NCBI RefSeq assembly: GCF_030144855.1
Contig: NC_082717.1
Span: forward strand, 13,268,001 to 13,332,000
Source: Hypanus sabinus
Lineage: Eukaryota
Direction: 5' to 3'
DNA length: 64,000 bases
Shown here: positions 25,501 to 38,550 of the stretch, one piece after another
Numbering within the stretch: the first letter of the stretch is position 1
Layout of the letters: each line of letters begins with the position of its first letter
The notes under the pieces: generated by a model
Databases searched by the model: none
The model's input: the letters and a program-made list of their open reading frames with translations, nothing else
What the model was told of the DNA's origin: nothing
Translations under genes and position numbers: made by a program

Positions 25501-26952
25501 CGACTATGTTGAATCTGATGATGTAGATTGAGAACGAGGATTGCAAAGTTTTGTATGAGCTCCAGCTATGGAGAAGTGTAATTGGTAACAGATAGAAACA
25601 GGCAGTTTTAGATAGGAATCAGTTAAGGGGTTGGAAGCGTTCATCAAGATCAGGCTCAGTTCCAAGGTTGTGAATGATCAGAACTGGGTCAGACAAAGCG
25701 ATTAACTTATTGGTCAGGCAAGAAGTTTATGACCGTTTACTGAGAATAATGGCTCATAGCTCTTGAATATTTAAACTGGAGAAAACTCTACACATTCTAC
25801 ACATCACCTTTTTGCTGTCTCTTTTGTATCATATATTTACAGAATTATTCATACAGAACTTTTGTGTACCTTTTAAAGATGAAAATCCAGACAGTAACTT
25901 AATGTTCATTTACTATGCTGTCATACTGCATAGATATTCTCATTGACAGTCTTGATAGAATAATATATAATATTTAAAATTTTTGTACAAAAATACTCCA
26001 GCTGCATAAATTAAAATGTTTTTGTTAAATATCTTAAAGCTGTTGACTCATTGTTTCAGGAACTGCTTCTTCTCTTCTGCCATCATATATATGAAAGGTG
26101 CATGAACCCATGAACTTAGCTATTCCTCATTTGCATTATTTTTTAAAAGTTCAAAGTACATTTATTATAAAAGTGTGTATACACTTTTATCCATCTCCTC
26201 ACAGGCAGCTACAAAACAAAGAAACCCAAAAGAACCCATAAAAAAGACCAACAAACATCCAATATGCAGACAGGGGAAAAGAAATCGTGCAAACAATAAA
26301 AGTAAGTAAATATCATTTGGAATGAAAGTGAATCCACAGACATGAAGCCCAGAGCAGCTGGAAACCACGACCTCAGCCTCAGTTCACTGCAGAACGGTGC
26401 AAAAGTCGCAGCGCCCACAGACACAACAGCCGCCGTGTACCCTCAGTGCAGCTTTTTGTAACTTATAGTAATTTGTTATGCCTGCACTGTACTGCTGCCA
26501 CAAAAAAGTGTCATGGCTAATATCAGTGCCAATAAATCAGATTCTATTTCAAAATATAAAGATTACTTCAAACCATGATTTGAGACTTTTTTGTTTTACA
26601 GTAGATGTGGCATTAGCTGGTATTGGGACAGAATTATGAAGTAGAATGGGAGGAGTAAAGTGAATTATTGATCAATAAAATGCACTGTTAACACCTCAGT
26701 AACCCTGCCTTTGAGGTTTTGGTTACAGCTTGTCAAGCTACCAAACTGTTCCAGGATCTTGGGATCTTTATTTTGTACTTACACAGTAATCTCCTTATTA
26801 ATCACAAAAATTGAGTTCATCAAAATAATTATTAATATCATTACTACACTGGACTGTCTCAAATTATATTGAATGCATTTTAGTATCAAGTCAAATTGTG
26901 AAGATGAATCACCTGAAAAATTGCCAAAGAAAACTATCCAACGTAATCTAAT

Positions 26953-27237
26953 GGGTGCCATAGAGTTTAGTACAATGATATTGCAGCTTGGGACATTCCA
27001 GAGATTGGAGTTCAATTCCAGCACTGTCTGTACACCCTCATCACGGAATGCTTGGGTTTTCCCCAGATGCTCCGGTTTCCTCCCTCAGGCCAAAGGCATA
27101 CCAGGTAGGTTAATTGATCATTGTAAACTGTCTCGTGATTAGGTTAGAGTTCATCAGGTTTGTCGGGGGGTCGCTGGGGCAGTGTGACTCACAGTGCCGA
27201 AGGCCCTACTCAGCACTGTTTTGCTAAATAAATAAAT
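26953..27237 (+). mobile_element. tRNA-derived V-type (HE1-like) SINE
   Basis: B-box-like gagttcaattcc, V-domain gggttttccccagatgctccggtttcctccc, and (aaat)n tail. Confidence 0.7.
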
Positions 27238-27624
27238 AGTCTTAATTCATATGTAATGGGATAAGCAGATAATTTAGGGAAAAAGGAGAAGTCATCTGCA
27301 CTGGTCTGCTTATAGATATTGACCTCTTACTGACTGGAAAACCAGATACCAATTGTTAAATCAAATACTGAAGTTAATGGTCTCTCATCTCCTCAGGGCT
27401 GCCTTACTCTGTGATGCCCACGTTCTCCACTGCTGTAAAGACGATAGATCCAGTCAACGGAACTAAATTGCTACTCTTAGGCCACAACTATGGCTGGATG
27501 AGGCCTGTAGAGATTGAATTTGAACCAGGCAAGCAAACTAATTGTCAATACAGGTCAAGATATGTTTGACTCAGGTAGATAGGTAAAATGGCGGGAGTAA
27601 ACAGAGCACATGATATAATACAGG

Positions 27625-27800
27625 CATAAGAAAATCTGCAGATGCTGGAAATCCAAGCAACACACATAAAATGCTAGAGGAGCTCAGCAGGCCAGGCAGC
27701 ATCTATGGAAAAGAGTATAGTCTATGTTTCAAGCCAAGACCCTTCATCAGGACTGGAGAAGGTAAGATGAGGAGTCAGAGCTAGAAAGCAGGAGGAGGAT
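27625..27800 (-). mobile_element. Penelope-like pLTR fragment with hammerhead motif
   Basis: Minus strand 27719-27754 reads AGTC-CTGATGA-AGGGTCTTGGCTT-GAAA-CA-TA-GACT. Confidence 0.75.
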
Positions 27801-29139
27801 GCTGCCATTTTGGGTTGATATATTACAGGCCTCTAATCTCATGTTTATACCATTCTGCTTTCCATTATACCATAATTTATAGTCATTGTTAAGTAATTAA
27901 AAACTCAGCAAGTTTGGAAGCAGAATTATGAAGAACTGGTGGTAAAGTTTGTAAGCTTATCCATACAGCACAGTGGGAGGGGGGGGGGGGGGGGGAGCAG
28001 CACAACTGATGCACCATTGCACCATCTGTGGCAGGATGTCATTATTACAGCATGACAAGCAGCATCAACAACAAATATTATTTATCAAATCCTTTAACTT
28101 ACTAAATGCATATTGAACAATGTTTCATATTAAGTCACATTGAGATGGGTGAACAAAAGTTAGGTGAAAAAGTGGAGAGAGAAGTACAGGGAGTTAGGGA
28201 TGGATAAAACAGAGAACTAGGGCAAAATTATCACAAAGCAACCCGATTCCCCTAACTGGACCTGAGCCATTGGGACCGTCAAGTCATTGGGGTTTATTGA
28301 TGGTGAGAAATTTATTGGAAATGTGAGCAGTCATGAGGACACAAAGATGCTTCAAAGAGATACAGACTAGGTAACAGCACAGGAGCTTCTTCCCCTCCGC
28401 CACCAGACTTCTGAATGGAAAATTAACCTTTCTACACTACTTCAATATTTTCTTCTGTTTTCTTTTTGTACTATTTATGCAATTAATTTTTTTAAATTAA
28501 TATGTATTGCAATGTACTGCTGCCCAAAACAAAAAAAAATCATGAATACTGTATGTCAGTGAAATTAAACTAATTCTAAGATGGAGTAAAATGTGGAAAT
28601 ATGTGATGTTATTCACATTGGGACAGAAAACAGAAACGTAGAGCATTTTCGAGTAGTGGGACATCTGGATATCATTGAACAAAAATATTTTATTGCAAAG
28701 GATTTGAGTAAAAGAGTAAAGACATTTTACTGTAATTGTATTGGACCTTGGTATGGCCATGGAGACACATGAGACTGCAGATGCTGGAATCTGGAGCACC
28801 AATCTACTAATGGAATTGAGTGAGTTAAGGAGCACCTGCAAGAGGAAATTAACTGTTGCAATTTCAGCTTGATACCCTGCATCAGAACCACAATGCTTGT
28901 TAACTGCACCCTGAATACATTGTGTACACTACCTAAGGAAAGTTGTACTAGTAATACCGGGAGTATGAGATTAGTCTGAGGGAGAAAAGGGATGGTATTT
29001 ATCCTAAGAAGTTTAAGATGGCACTACTGAAGACTAGCATCATCTTACTGATAGTTCGAAAGGCAAGAAATTCAACTGAAAACATCATTAATCACACTTT
29101 TTCTAAAGTAAATTGTGGTAGACTATCACTGCAAACAAT

Positions 29140-29562
29140 GAAGGAGTAAGCAAAGGCAAAGCCAATTTGAGGAATAAGCCGTTCTGGTGCATTGCAAAAT
29201 CGACGCAGATAGAGTTGGAGTGAGCGATTCAGAGAGCAGCTTCAATGCCCATCCAACTAACCCACGTGTGAGGTTGGATCGCTCTAAGCACTTGAGTTGA
29301 TTTGTACAAGTCGAGAACAGCTTTGGGCTGGGCAGCGAGATCGTATGGTGGATGGTCATATGAGCAGCTGGTACATATCATAAGTCTTGGTTATGAGGCT
29401 ACTGACGTCAGGTAGACAATCTCTGAAGCGTATTGATAATGGCTGGGGTCACCTGTCTCGTAAAAATACTGCCCAGAGGAGGCAATGACAAACCAATCTG
29501 TAGAAAAAATTGTCAAGATTATGATCACCCACGTCATACAACACGGAACGTAACGATGATGA
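29140..29562 (+). mobile_element. RTE-related short retroposon
   Basis: Contains gaggcaatgacaaacca (BovB/RTE 5'UTR-like motif) and a (gat)n tail. Same family as 35723-36972. Confidence 0.55.
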
Positions 29563-31009
29563 CAATGAGAACTATATTTCTTTAAGTTTAGAAGAACGAA
29601 AGGTGTTTGGAACACACAGACAACTCTAAGGGGAGGTGCTTGGAAGGTGTTGCCCCACATTGAGGAGTTTAAACCACGGGGAATTATAAACTCGTAAGGA
29701 TAGGCCATTTAAAAGACTGAAATGAGGAGATATTTCCTCACTCAATGGCGGTGCCTCAAGATGGTGGCATCTATGATTACAGACCTTCACCATCTGGGAC
29801 TTGCCCTCTTCTCATTACTATCATTAGGGAGGGGGTCCAGGACCCTGAAGACTCATAAGACATTGGAGCAGAATTAGGCTATCTAGCCCATCGTGACTCA
29901 ATATTTTGGGAACAACTTCTTCCCCTCTGCCACCAGATTTCTGAACTGTCCATAACCCAGGAACACTATCTCTTTATTCCTCTTGGGCACAATTGATTTA
30001 TTGTACCTTGTCATCATTTTTTATGCTTTGCCTACTACTGCTGCCACAAAACAATAAATTTCATGACACGTCCATCATAATAACCATGATTCTGATTCGG
30101 AACCGTTGAAATTCTCTTCTCCAGCATACTGCCAAGGTGCATACAAAGGTTGGTTGACTTCCAGATAACAGACGAATTAAATGAAATGGGGATGGGTGTT
30201 GAGTCAGAAGAACAGCCGTGATCAGGTTAAATAGTAAGCAGCTCAGTGAACAGAATAGTTTATCCATGCTCCTATTTCAAGAGTTCTCAAATCCTACTGT
30301 TTTGACAAAGTTTTTGATCAGTACTCTAATATCTCTTCATGTATCAGCTGCAAAATATTGTTTGATACACTAGTGAATCTACATTATGTTTACCTACAAG
30401 TATGCTGTTTCCATGATGCACAATCAAACTATATCCAGCTGCAACAACTTCCACATTTTAACCAATCTGCTGAACTGTCTTCAGTGCATGATTGAATAGG
30501 TTAGGGTTTCATTCCTTTGTAATGTAGAAGACTGAGAGGAGATTTGATATAAAATTTTAAGGGTATAGATAGGGTAAATACAAGCAGGCTTTTCCCACGG
30601 AGGTTGGGTGTGAGTATAAAAGAGTCATGGATCATGGGATAAGGGTAAAAAATGATAAGTTTACGAGGAACATGAGGGGAAACTTCTTCACTGAGGGTCG
30701 TGAGAGTGTGGAAAGAGCTGCCTGCACAAGTGGTGCATGTGAGCTTGATTTCAATGTTTAAGTTTGGATAGGAGCATGGATGGTAGGGGTATGGAGGACA
30801 GTGATCCCGGTGCAAGTCGATGGGGTTAAGCAGTTTAAATGGCTTGCCCGGACTAGAAGGGCCGAAAAGCCTGTTTCTGCGCTTAACTTTTTTTAATGAC
30901 TGGGCAAATGACGCATGAGCATTTATTTAAAATACCTATGCACAGTTGGTGAGATTCTGTTTGCTAAATTAAAGTCACTTTCAAAAGTACATTACGTTTT
31001 TGTAAAGTT

Positions 31010-31340
31010 TTTACCGTTAACGCCGAACATTGCGCCACGCACCCAGCCCGGCTGGACGGGCGCGCATGCGCTCTGCTACCTACCGGCCCTTCCGCGCATG
31101 GCGTCAGACAGCCGGCGTCCGGAGCTATCGACGCGGTCGCGGCCGGATAGTGTTCGCTTGATCACCGACATCGAGCGCCGAATAAGGTGGCGAGAGAGGT
31201 TTGCATTTCGGACAGGGGAGCGAGGACAGCGAACGACGCCATGTCGAGCGAGGGTGAGGCGGAGAAACCCAAGGTGAGTGAGTGCGTCATTAATGGCCGG
31301 CTGGAGCGGCGGTGAAGGGTCAGACGCAGGCGCAGTGGGC
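31010..31340 (+). promoter_or_regulatory. CpG-island promoter of COX20 with NRF1 and YY1-like sites
   Basis: The only CpG-dense tract outside the histone genes. CGCGCATGCGC at 31061-31071 matches the NRF1 consensus YGCGCAYGCGCR. CATGGCG at 31097-31103 is a YY1 core. This is typical of nuclear genes for mitochondrial proteins. Confidence 0.8.
31241..31273 (+). CDS. COX20: COX20 coding exon 1 (MSSEGEAEKPK)
   Basis: gacgccATG Kozak context, AAG|GTGAGT donor, phase 0, in frame with exon 2. Confidence 0.88.
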
Positions 31341-31900
31341 ATCTCCAATGTCAAGTTAAGGTCACCCCTTGTGAGATGGGCTTTTGAAAATTGGGCCGAA
31401 ACTTGTTGGAAATACCCCGCAACTCTCGATACAGATTCACCATTTCCAACGCTTCCTCTCCTACATTTAACATGTCCAACTTCTTCGGTGGACTCGGCTT
31501 CAGAGTTGGGTTTAAAATGCCCAGCAATCTCACAAAGTTTAACACGGCCCTTTTTGTTCAACAGTTGCGAACATAAATCCCCCTACCACAGCGACCATCT
31601 GTTAACATGCTTACTTTCTGCAAGACCAGCAATTAATGAGAAACGTAAACTGACAGAAATATATTGAGCACAGCTTTGATCCATAAAAGAAGTTATATGC
31701 TCAGCTAGTGACAATAATAACTTTATTTATATAGCACCTTTCATACAATAAGATGCAGGCTCAGTGTTTTACATAGATTGGAAAGAAAAATCAATATATT
31801 CAGAATATGAGACAAAATCCATATGTCAAAACAAACATCAGAATCAGGTTTAATATCACTGACATATGTCTTGAGATCTGTGTTTGAAGCAGTGGTACAA

Positions 31901-34180
31901 TAGACAGTAGGTGCAGGAGTAGGCCATTCAGCCCTTCTAGCCAGTACCACCATTCACTGTGATCATGGCTGATCATAAACAATCAGTATCCGTTCCTACC
32001 CTCTCCCCATATCCCTTGACCCCACTATCTATAAGAGCTCTATCTAACTCTCTCTTGAATGCATCCAGAGATTTGGCCTCCACTGCCTTCTGGGGCAGAG
32101 CATTCCACATATCCACCACTCTCTGGGTGAAAAAATTTTTCCGCATCTCTGTTCTAAATGGCCTACCCCTTATTCTTAAACTGTGGCCTCTAGTTCTGGA
32201 CTCACCCATCAGCGGAAGCATGCTTCCTGCCTCCAGCGTGTCCAATCCCTTAATAATCTTATATGAGTCAATCAGATCCCCTCTCATCCTAAATTCCAGT
32301 ATATACAAGCCCAGTCGTTCCAATCTTTCAACATATGACAGTCCTGCCATTCTGGGAATTAACCTTGTGAGCCTACGCTGCACTCCCTCAATAGCAAGAA
32401 TGTCCTTCCTCAAATTTGGAGACCAAAACTGCACACAGTACTCCAGGTGGGGTCTCACCAGGGCCCTGTACAGCTGCAGAAGGACCTCTTTACTCCTATA
32501 CTCAATTCCTCTTGTTATAAAGGCCAGCATGCCATTAGCTTTCTTCACTGCCTGCTGTACTTGCATGCTTGCTTTCATTGACTGAAGTACAAGAACACCT
32601 AGATCTCATTGTACTTCCCCTTTTCCTAACTTGACTCCATTTAGATAGTAATCTGCCTTCCTGTTCTTGCCACCAAAGTGGATAACCTCACATTTATCCA
32701 CATTAAACTGCATCTGCCATACATTTGCCCACTCACCCAACCTGTCCAAGTCACCCTGCATTCTCATAACATCCTCCTGACATTTCACACTGCCACCCAG
32801 CTTTGTGTCATCGGCAAATTTGCTAATGTTACTTTTAATCCCTTCATCTAAATCATTAATGTATGTTGTAAACAGTTTCGGTCCCAGCACCGAACCTTGC
32901 GGTACCCCACTGGTCACAGCCTGCCATTCCGACGGGGACCCGTTAATCGCTACTCTTTGTATCCTGTCAGCCAGCCAATTTTTAATCCATGTCAGTACTC
33001 TGCCCCCAATACCATGTGCCCTAATTTTGCCCACTAATCTCCTATGTGGGACTTTATCAAAAGCTTTCTGGAAGTCCAGGTACACTACATCCACTGGATC
33101 TCCCTTGTCCATTTTCATAGTTACATCCTCAAAAAAACCCCAGAAGATTAGTCAAGCTTGATTTTCCCTTCATAAATCCATGCTGATTTGGACTGATCCT
33201 TCTACTGCTATCCAAATGTGTCATAATGTCCTCTTTTATAATTGACTGCAGCATCTTTCCCACCACTGACATCAGGCTAACCGGTCTATAATTACCTGTT
33301 TTCTCTCTCCCTCCTTTCTTGAAAAGTGGGACATTATTAGCCACCCTCCAATCAGCAGGAACTGTTCCTAAATCTATAGAATATTGGAAAATGATTATCA
33401 ATGCGTCCACGATTTCTAGAGCCACCTCTTTAAGTACCCTGGGATGCAGACCATCAGGTCCCAGGGACTTATCAGCCTTCATACTCAACAATCTATCCAA
33501 CACCGTTTCTTGCCTAATATAAATTTCCTTCAGTTCATTCTTTACCCTAGTTCCTTTAGCCAATATTACATCTGGGAGATTGTTTGTGTCTTCCCTAGTG
33601 AAGACAGATCCAAAGTACCTGTTCAACTCGTCTGCCATTTCCTTGTTCCCCATAATAAATTCACCCGTTTCTGTCTTCAATGGCCCAATTTTGGTCTTAA
33701 CTATTTTTTTCCTATTCACATCCCTAAAGAAGCTTTTACTATCCTCCTTTATATTCTTGGCCAGTTTACCTTCATACCTCATTTTTTCTTGGCGTATTGC
33801 CTTTTTTTGTTATCTTCTGTTGCTCTTTAAAAGCTTCCCAGTCCTCTGGTTTCCGGCTCATCTTTGCTATGTTATACTTCTTCTCTTTTATTTTTATGCT
33901 GCCCTTTACTTCCCTCGTCAGCCAAGGCCGCCCCTTATTCCCCTTAGGATCTTTCTTCCTCTTCAGAATGAACCAATCCTGCACCTGCATTATTCCCAGA
34001 AGTACCTGCCATTGCTGTTCCACTGTCTTCCCTGCTAGGGTATTGTTCCATTGAACTTTGGCCAGCTCCTCAGTTCCCTTTGTTCAACTGTAATACTGAC
34101 ACATCCGATTTTCCCTTCTCCTTCTCAAATTGTAAGTTAAAACATATCATATTATGGTCACTACCTCCTAATGATTCTTT
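31901..34180 (-). mobile_element. Young 5'-truncated CR1 in COX20 intron 1
   Basis: Consecutive ORF2 pieces 33772-34023, 33129-33782, 32606-33118 (VYLDFQKAFDKVPH, VPQGSVLGP, FADDTK) and 31973-32578. ctattgt tail. Possible TACAA TSD. Confidence 0.93.
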
Positions 34181-34559
34181 TACAAGGCAATACATAATTA
34201 AAAAAAGGTGGAGTACCATAAGTATATGTATTATAAATAATTGAATTAAATAAATAGTGCAAAAATAGAAATAGAAAAGTAGTGAGGTAGTGTTTACACA
34301 TGTATATGATGGATGTAAGTAATAAAGTGAATTTAATTCATGGGTTCAATGTCTACTGATTTCAGAAATTGGATGGGAGAGATGAAGAAGCTGTTCTTGA
34401 ATCATTGAGTGTGTGTCTTCAGGCTTCTGTACCTCTTCCCTGATGGTAGCAATGAGAACAAGGCATGACCTGGTTGTCGCAATTTATATAGAATAAAATC
34501 TTATTGCATATACTAAATTATATAAATGTAATCAACATCAATAGGCTTTAAGTAATCTT

Positions 34560-34910
34560 ATAAGTAGTCCAAATTTAAAATGTAGTTTTTAGAGGTGTTT
34601 TGAAACGTTCCACAGTACAAGCCTGGCATATCTCAGTCAGTAGAGTATTCCAGATTTTTGGTGTATAAGAGGAAAAAGCAACATCACCAGTTCTAATGTG
34701 CTTGGCTCTAGGAACTCTAAGCAAACCAATATTTGCAAATATAAGATGATGATTAGGGATGTAAGGGGATAGACAGTCCAAAGTATACAGAGGAGCTAGA
34801 TTATTCAGAGACTTGTATACAATTGAGAGTATTCTAAAATTGATCCTAAAGGACACAGGCAGCCAGTGTAATGATGCCAAAACTGGTCAAATGTGCTCAG
34901 ATTTTCTTTT
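34560..34910 (-). mobile_element. L2-clade LINE ORF2 3' fragment
   Basis: LASLHWLPVSFRINFRIL...APLY...AFSSYTPKIWNTL...FKTPLKT. Confidence 0.75.
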
Positions 34911-34934
34911 TCTTTTGCTAAGACAGTTGATGTA

Positions 34935-35235
34935 TTTTATTTATTTAAAGATAGTGGGGAATAGGCCCTTCTGACCCTTCAGGCCATGCTGCCCAGCAAC
35001 CCCTGATAACCCCTGATTTAACTTTAACCTAATCACAGGACAATTTACAATGACCAATTAACCTACTAACTGGTACATCTTTGAGCTGTGGGAGGAAAGC
35101 AGAGTACCCAGGGAAAAATCATTCATTCCGTGGGGAGGATGTAGAAACTCCTTACTGAGGACATCAGGATTGACATCCAAACTCCGACACCCCGAGCTGT
35201 AATAGCGTTGCACTAACCGCTACACTCTCATGGCA
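34935..35235 (-). mobile_element. V-type (HE1-like) SINE
   Basis: Reverse complement has head gtagcggttagtgcaacgctattac, a V-domain and an (aaat)n tail. Confidence 0.7.
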
Positions 35236-35722
35236 TATAGAACAGTACAGCACTGCACAGGCCACTTGGTCCACAGTATCTTTTTCCCGATGTCAAATTA
35301 TCTTAACAGTAAGAGAGCATGCATCTAAAGCGGGAGGGGGTAAATTCAAAAAGGAGATGCACGGGAAAGTATTTCTACACAGAGTGGTGGGTGCCTCGAA
35401 TGCACTACCAGGGACGGTAGTGGAGGCAAATATAGCGGTATTTAAGAGGCACTCAGAAAGGCAGATGAATATGCAGACAAAGCAGGTATGTGGACTGGTA
35501 TGGGCAGAAAGGATTAGGGGTTTATTAGTTCAGCACAACATGATGTATTGTTGGATGTATTGTTCTACATTCCATATCCTGGGAGCATATTCCCCAGACA
35601 GACCACAGCAGTTATTGAAGATGATGACAAGCAATTCTGACGTTGCTAGTTATTCTTATATCCTGTAAGATATTAGAAGTGGAACCACTGCTGTTGGAAT
35701 TTCGTATCATTGGTTAAGAAGG

Positions 35723-36972
35723 TGGGTAGTGGGGTGGAGATACATCTCGCTCAAGGGTGGTATAAGGCGCTCCTTCCTTCACTAGCCTGCAGGCCACCCT
35801 TGGACAAGGCATAACACCTGCCTGCCCACACCTCCCACCCATGACCAGGGTCGTATGAAGCCAGGGAGCAGGTGGTGGATGGTCAATAGACAATAGGTGC
35901 AGGAGTAGGCCATTCGGCCCTTCTAGCCAGCACCGCCATTCACTGTGATCATGGCTGATCATGCACAATCAGTACCCCGTTCCTGCCCTCTCCCCATATC
36001 CCTTGACCCCGCTATCTATAAGAGCTCTGTCTAACTCTCTCTTGAATGGATCCAGAGACTTGGCCTCCACTGCCTTCTAGGGCAGAGCATTCCACATATA
36101 CACCACTCTCTGGGTGAAAAAGTTTTTCCGCATCTCTGTTCTAAATGGCCTACCCCTTATTCTTAAACTGTGGCCTCTAGTTCTGGACTCACCCATCAGC
36201 GGGAACATGCTTCCTCCCTCCATTGTGTCCAATCCCTTAATAATCTTATATGTTTCAATCAGATCCCCTCTCATCCTTCTAAATTCCAGTGTATACAAGC
36301 CCAGTCGTTCCAATATTTCAACATATGACAGTCCCGCCATTCCAGGAATTAATCTTGGGAACCTACGATGTACTCCCTCAATAGCAAGAATGTCCTTCCT
36401 CAAATTTGGAGACCAAAACTGCACACAATACTCCAGGTGGGGACTCACCAGGGCCCTGTACAGCTGCAGAAAAACCTCTTTACTCCTATACTCAATTCCT
36501 CTTGTTATAAAGGCCAGCATGCCATTAGCTTTCTTCACTGCCTGCTGTACCTGCATGCTTGCTTTCATTGACTGATGTACAAGAACACCTAGATCTCGTT
36601 GTACTTCCCCTTTTCCTAACTTGACTCCATTTAGATAGTAATCTGCCTTCCTGTTCTTGCCACCAAAGTGGATAACCTCACATTTATCCACATTAAACTG
36701 CATCTGCCATACATTTGCCCACTCACCCAACCTTTCCAAGTCACCCAAGCCATATGAGCAGTTGGTGCTTATCACGTCCTGGTTATGCAACCAGTCTCAC
36801 GCCAGCAGACAATTTCTGAAGAGTGTTGATAATGGCTGGGGACACCCATCAAGTAAAGACACTGTCTAGAAGAAGGCAATGGCAAACCACTTCTGTAGAA
36901 AAATTTGCCAAGAATAATCTTGGTTATGAGACTATGATTGCCCCTGTCATACGACACAACACGTAATGATGA
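35723..36972 (+). mobile_element. RTE-related short retroposon split by a CR1
   Basis: 12-bp TSD TGGTTAAGAAGG at 35711-35722 and 36973-36984. Contains gaagaaggcaatggcaaaccact (RTE/BovB-like) and a (gat)n tail. Confidence 0.7.
35885..36745 (-). mobile_element. Young 5'-truncated CR1
   Basis: ORF 36077-36790 is near-identical to the 3' part of the CR1 at 31901-34180. Confidence 0.93.
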
Positions 36973-37215
36973 TGGTTAAGAAGGACTTTGGCCAAGATTC
37001 ACATACCTCATCACTGGCCACACACGGATCTGTATTCTGATCAGTAACCATTAGGTGTCATCTTAGAAACAGAAAATAGGTGCAGGAGTAGGCCATTTGG
37101 CCCTTCATCACCTTCACTTTCCAGTCAAAGTTCTGCTAGCATTCACAATTAAAGAACATACAATTGTAACCCCTGGCATCATTACAGTACTGTGCAAAAG
37201 TCCTAGGCGCATATA

Positions 37216-38550
37216 CAGTGGCATGCAAAAGTTTGGGCACCCATGGCCAAAATTTCTGTTACTGTGAATAGCTAAGCGAGTAAAAGATGACCTGATTTCT
37301 AAAAGGCATAAAGTTAAAGATGACAAATTTCTTTAATATTTTAAGCAAGATTACTTTTTTATTTTCATCTTTTACAGTTTCAAAATAACAAAAAAGGAAA
37401 AGAGCCCAAAGCAAAAGTTTGGGCACCCTACATGATTAGTACTTAGTAATGCCCACTTTGGCAAGTATTTCAGCTTGTAAACACTTTCTGTAACCATCTA
37501 AGAGTCTTTCAATTCTTGTTTGGGGGATTTTCACCCATTCTTCCTTACAAGAGGCTTCTTGTTCTGTGAGATTCTTGGGCCGTCTTGCATGCACTGCTCT
37601 TTTGAGGTCTATCTACAGATTTTCGATGATGTTTGGGTCAGGGGACTGTGAGGGCCATGGTGAAACCTTCAGCTTGCGCCTCTTGAAGTAGTCCATTGTG
37701 GATTTTGAGGTGTGTTTATTTTAATTCCACAGGACTGATGCATTTTGGAAACAAGTTCTGTGGACTGATGAAGTTAAAGTAGAACTTTTCGGTGGCAATG
37801 AGCAAAGGTATTTTTGGAGAGAAAAGGGTGCAGAATTTCATGAAAAGAACCCCTCTCCAACTGTTAAGCACAGAGGTGGATCGATCATGCCTTGGGCTTG
37901 TGTTGTAGTCAATGGCACAGGGAACATTTCACTGGTAGAGGGAAGAATGAATTCAATTAAATACCAGCAAATTCTGGAAGCAAACATAACACCGTCTGTT
38001 TAAAAAAAAGCTGAAAAGAGGATGGCTTCTACAACAGGATAATGATCCTAAACACACCTCAAAATCCACAATGGACTACCTCAAGAGGCGCAAGCTGAAG
38101 GTTTTGCCATGGACCTCACTGTCCCCTGACCAAAACATCATCGAGAATCTGTGGATAGAACTCAAAAGAGCAGTGAATGCAAGTCGGCCCAAGAATGTCA
38201 CAGAACTAGAAGCCTTTTGCAAGGAAGATGTGTGAAAATCCCCCAAACAAGAACTGAAAGACTTTTAGCTGGCTACAGAAAGCGTTTACAAGCTGTGATA
38301 CTTCCCAAAAGAGGCAATAGTAAGTACTGCCATGCAGGATGCCCAAACTTTTGCTTCGTGCCCTTCTCCTTTTTTTGTTATTTTGAAACTGTAAAAGATG
38401 GAAATAAAAACGTTTTCTTGCTTAAAATATTAAAGAAATGTGTCATTATTAACTTTATGCCTTTTGGAAATCAGTTCATCTTTTACTCGCTTAGCTACTC
38501 ACAGTAACAGAAATTTTGACCAGGGGTGCCCAAACTTTTGCACAGTACTG
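37216..38550. mobile_element. Non-autonomous IR/DR-type Tc1 (DD34E) derivative with two 3' ends
   Basis: TA|CAGTGGCATGCAAAAGTTTGGGCACCC at the left end, with internal direct repeats. Plus-strand WTDE...QQDND-(34)-IENLW. 37216-37718 is the reverse complement of 38049-38542. Confidence 0.88.

Noticed and set aside
27396-27530. Exon-like segment (ctcctcag|...GLPYSVMPTF...EFEP)
   Set aside because: No recognisable homology, only a weak GC donor, and no partner exons.
27974-27995. Poly-G run as a G-quadruplex
   Set aside because: A simple homopolymer with no functional context, and prone to sequencing error.
30915-31667. ORFs across the CpG island (30915-31277, 31076-31561, 31278-31667) as stand-alone genes
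   Set aside because: They arise from stop-poor GC-rich sequence with no recognisable homology. Only the 31098 ATG is kept, as a uORF hypothesis.
31959-36575. Long plus-strand ORFs such as 31959-32585, 33580-34038 and 36114-36575
   Set aside because: They are antisense frames of CR1 ORF2 and recur in every copy.
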